IMG/VR virus record: IMGVR_UViG_3300009117_000047 | Coordinates: 83,877 to 135,850 of that record | DNA from: a virus | Strand: one strand, 5' to 3' | Length of the DNA: 51,974 nucleotides | Shown here: in pieces, positions 49,446 through 51,974 of the stretch | How the letters are laid out: every line of letters starts with the position of its first letter | Position numbering within the stretch: position 1 is the stretch's first letter | Program-made: the position numbers and the translations under genes | The notes under the pieces: model-generated | Told to the model about the DNA's origin: nothing | The model's database searches: none | What the model saw: the letters and a program-made list of their open reading frames with translations, nothing else

Positions 49446-49865
49446 ATGGATATTACGGTCATTATTGAGGTTATTTTCGTACTTATTTTAGGAGTTGGTG
49501 TTTTATTTGCCAACAAGTATTTAGGCGCAGATAAGGTGCAAAAAGTAATGACAATCGCACAGGCAGTTGTAGCTGCGGCAAATGAATTAGAAATTACAGG
49601 AGAGTTAATTAAGTTAGGAAAAACGAAAGCTGAGTACGCTTTGGAAAGAGCAAAGACATTACTTGCAAAAAATAATATTACATTTGATGAAGACGAATTG
49701 CTTGTTTTTATTAAATCAGCAGTTACACGACTTAGAGTCGAAACATCTGGTACTACCGCAGAAAAAGCTAACACCTTAATAAACAACACAGTGAACGTTG
49801 AAGACTTTGAATTAGTAAAAGAAGTAGTCCTTAATTTACCTAAACATATTAATAAACAGGTGTGA
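49446..49865 (+). CDS. Phage holin (LL-H-like)
   Basis: N-terminal TM; IAQAVVAAANE...K.EYA...IKSAV pattern. Confidence 0.75.
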   Translation: MDITVIIEVIFVLILGVGVLFANKYLGADKVQKVMTIAQAVVAAANELEITGELIKLGKTKAEYALERAKTLLAKNNITFDEDELLVFIKSAVTRLRVETSGTTAEKANTLINNTVNVEDFELVKEVVLNLPKHINKQV

Positions 49866-49887
49866 TAAAACGAGGTGATGACAAATA

Positions 49888-50604
49888 ATGAAACCAATTT
49901 TATATTTACAATCAGACCCAAAATGGGCAAATCATGATTATTCTGCGTCTGGTGAAAAGACAACTATTAAAGCTGAAGGTTGTGGAATTACGTCTATGGC
50001 TATGGTCATTGCAAGTTTAGCAGATAAGAACGTTACGCCTGTTACTACTGCTGAGTGGTCAAAATCTCACGGATATAAAGCTCCACACCAAGGTACATAT
50101 TATTCTTATTTTAAACCTCAAGGACAGCAATACGGGCTTAAAATAGCTCAAATTGTTGGAGCTAGTTCTTATCATAACCCAAACTCTGAAACTCATAAAA
50201 AGGCGTTAGAAGCAATTAAAACTGGCAATTGGGTAATTGCTTGCATGGGAAAGGGCAATTGGACTACGAGTGGTCATTATGTGCTTTGGTACGGCATGCA
50301 AGGTAATAAAGTGTTAATCAATGATCCTTGGTCAACTAAAACTGCTCAGACATGTGCTGATTATAATTTGTTTAAGAACGAAGTTAAATATTACTGGATT
50401 GTAGAAGTACCAGATAAGTTTAAGGAGGAAGATGACGATATGGCAAGATATAATAAATTAACAGAAGTACCTACTTGGGCAAAAACTATGATTAAAGACA
50501 TGCAAGACGTTGGTTGTTTTGCAGATAAAGATAAAATGGATATTAGTGATGATATGTTGAGAACTATTGCGTTAATGATAAGGTACACAGAAAAGAAAAA
50601 GTAA
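49888..50604 (+). CDS. Endolysin, C39-like (papain-fold) peptidase
   Basis: YLQSDPKW...GCGITSMAM (Cys), GHYV (His), INDP (Asp); short C-terminal wall-binding-like domain. Confidence 0.8.
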   Translation: MKPILYLQSDPKWANHDYSASGEKTTIKAEGCGITSMAMVIASLADKNVTPVTTAEWSKSHGYKAPHQGTYYSYFKPQGQQYGLKIAQIVGASSYHNPNSETHKKALEAIKTGNWVIACMGKGNWTTSGHYVLWYGMQGNKVLINDPWSTKTAQTCADYNLFKNEVKYYWIVEVPDKFKEEDDDMARYNKLTEVPTWAKTMIKDMQDVGCFADKDKMDISDDMLRTIALMIRYTEKKK

Positions 50605-50684
50605 TATAAAATAATTACGGGTGGAATGGAATCTTTTTAATAAGAAACCAAACCACCCTATTTTTTACGCCTAATTTTTATAAG

Positions 50685-51974
50685 TTAAATCCAATCTGTC
50701 GCAGGTATTGCTAATAATCGTGCCATATCATAAGCATCAGATAATGATAATACAGTATTTAATATCCATTTGTTACCTATTTTATTTGTTACAATTACTC
50801 CACTTGGAATTTTGTCTGGAGCAAATTCATCGTAAAATGGAATTAAGAATTGAATACAATCACGTTCAATTCCATAAGCAGGTACAATATAATTATAATC
50901 CATCTCTTTCATTTTTAAAGCATATTCTATACATAATTTAAATCTTACTACTATCTCCATTATATTTTTATCTTTGAATGATTCAGGAAGCCTATCTCCC
51001 CTATCTTCAATTATATGTTGAAAATGGTGACTATCGTCTAATTCAAACGAGTTGATATTCCCGTCAAACAATAGTTCACTAGGAGAGTTATAGAATTGAA
51101 TTGGTTTAATGTCGTTCAATACAATGTCATTGTACCCAGCCATAAAAGCCATTTGGCTATTGGTTATGATAGTTGGTTCAATATAATTTTCCATCGTTTT
51201 ATTAAGTTGCTTATTCCAATATTTTCTTATCTGGTAAGATAAATATATCCAATTACCAAACTTATTTAAAAGCCTACTGTTAATTAAAATATAATCCGTA
51301 CTATCCTTATTTGTTTTTTTATAATATTCTTGACTTAAAGTATTATTAGATATTTTCTTAGAAATAGCTTCTGTTAAATATTGAAAATACTTTTGTAGCC
51401 GCTGATATTGAAATTCAGAATTTTCGTTTTTCCATTTTTCTTTATTAAACAAATTATCATATATGTTTTCTAAAAATGCGGATTGTGAAAAATCAGTACT
51501 TGTTTTTTCTGCTGTTTTAATCGATGAATACTTTGGACTTGAATAATGATAGTCTGAAAATTGAGGTATATATTTGTTGATTAAATACTCTCGTCCACCC
51601 ACATAACATGGTCTCCACTCGTAATTTTTACCTGATGGTAACATAGTTGTTGTATAGAAAAATAATAAATACTGATTTGAATGAACTTGTTCTGGTATAT
51701 CATTTAGTCTAACCATTTTGCACAGGGGTTGTCTTTTGATATTTTGCAATTCATTCTCTGAATTAAAAAAACAATAATCGTTCCTATCTTTTGAATCTTT
51801 GAAGTAATAAATAGTTCTTGTCCCTTCAAATAAGTTTGATATTATTTCTTTTGTGATATCTGTTCTTAAGTTTTTTCTTATTCCAATTAATAAGTTTTTC
51901 GGTTCTCCAATATTACCATATGTCTTTGTTATCCTTTTTAAGAAGTCTTCTATTTCTGAAGTATCTTGCAACAA
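50685..51974 (-). CDS. DUF3825-like protein, probably 5'-truncated by the window edge
   Basis: HIIEDR..RLP, IVPAY...IQFLIP, TVL....AY..ARL.....DW C-terminal motifs; convergent with the endolysin. Confidence 0.65.
   Translation of the reverse strand: MLQDTSEIEDFLKRITKTYGNIGEPKNLLIGIRKNLRTDITKEIISNLFEGTRTIYYFKDSKDRNDYCFFNSENELQNIKRQPLCKMVRLNDIPEQVHSNQYLLFFYTTTMLPSGKNYEWRPCYVGGREYLINKYIPQFSDYHYSSPKYSSIKTAEKTSTDFSQSAFLENIYDNLFNKEKWKNENSEFQYQRLQKYFQYLTEAISKKISNNTLSQEYYKKTNKDSTDYILINSRLLNKFGNWIYLSYQIRKYWNKQLNKTMENYIEPTIITNSQMAFMAGYNDIVLNDIKPIQFYNSPSELLFDGNINSFELDDSHHFQHIIEDRGDRLPESFKDKNIMEIVVRFKLCIEYALKMKEMDYNYIVPAYGIERDCIQFLIPFYDEFAPDKIPSGVIVTNKIGNKWILNTVLSLSDAYDMARLLAIPATDWI

Noticed and set aside
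3009-50941. Many short antisense or alternate-frame ORFs in the track (for example 7964..8278, 40094..40426, 49442..49963)
   Set aside because: They lie within well-supported genes and lack motifs or RBS; shadow ORFs.

Overview
AT-rich window holding the late half of a large SPbeta-like siphophage or prophage, probably of a clostridial (Bacillota) host; almost all genes are on the + strand. Gene order: regulatory/possible origin region, SF2-like helicase, CoiA-like nuclease, YonO-type single-subunit RNA polymerase, tRNA-Trp, beta-CASP nuclease, metallophosphoesterase, HU, terminase, portal, protease/scaffold, capsid, head-tail joining and tail tube genes, RecU, tyrosine recombinase, tape measure, tail tip, holins and a C39-type endolysin, ending in a convergent DUF3825-like gene. 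Main discovery: the tape measure gene, seen as four separate ORFs in the track, reads as one ~2008-aa gene interrupted by three group I introns, each inserted after a GGT codon. Intron 1 (30506-32048) carries a Zn-finger/Vsr-like homing endonuclease. Intron 2 (32451-32932) has no ORF and an atypical U-A pair at its 5' splice site. Intron 3 (33260-37043, 3784 nt) has a ribozyme core plus about 3.1 kb of cargo in its P9 region: a PemK/MazF-like toxin with a candidate small RNA, an RHH regulator, a BRO antirepressor, a Zn-ribbon protein and a decayed paralog, with their own promoters and terminators. Other signals: a strand-polarised TCCCCTACT motif, a cluster of ATT-start genes, and a DYDFD variant of the RNA polymerase catalytic motif. 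All family calls come from motif recognition by eye; no searches were run.
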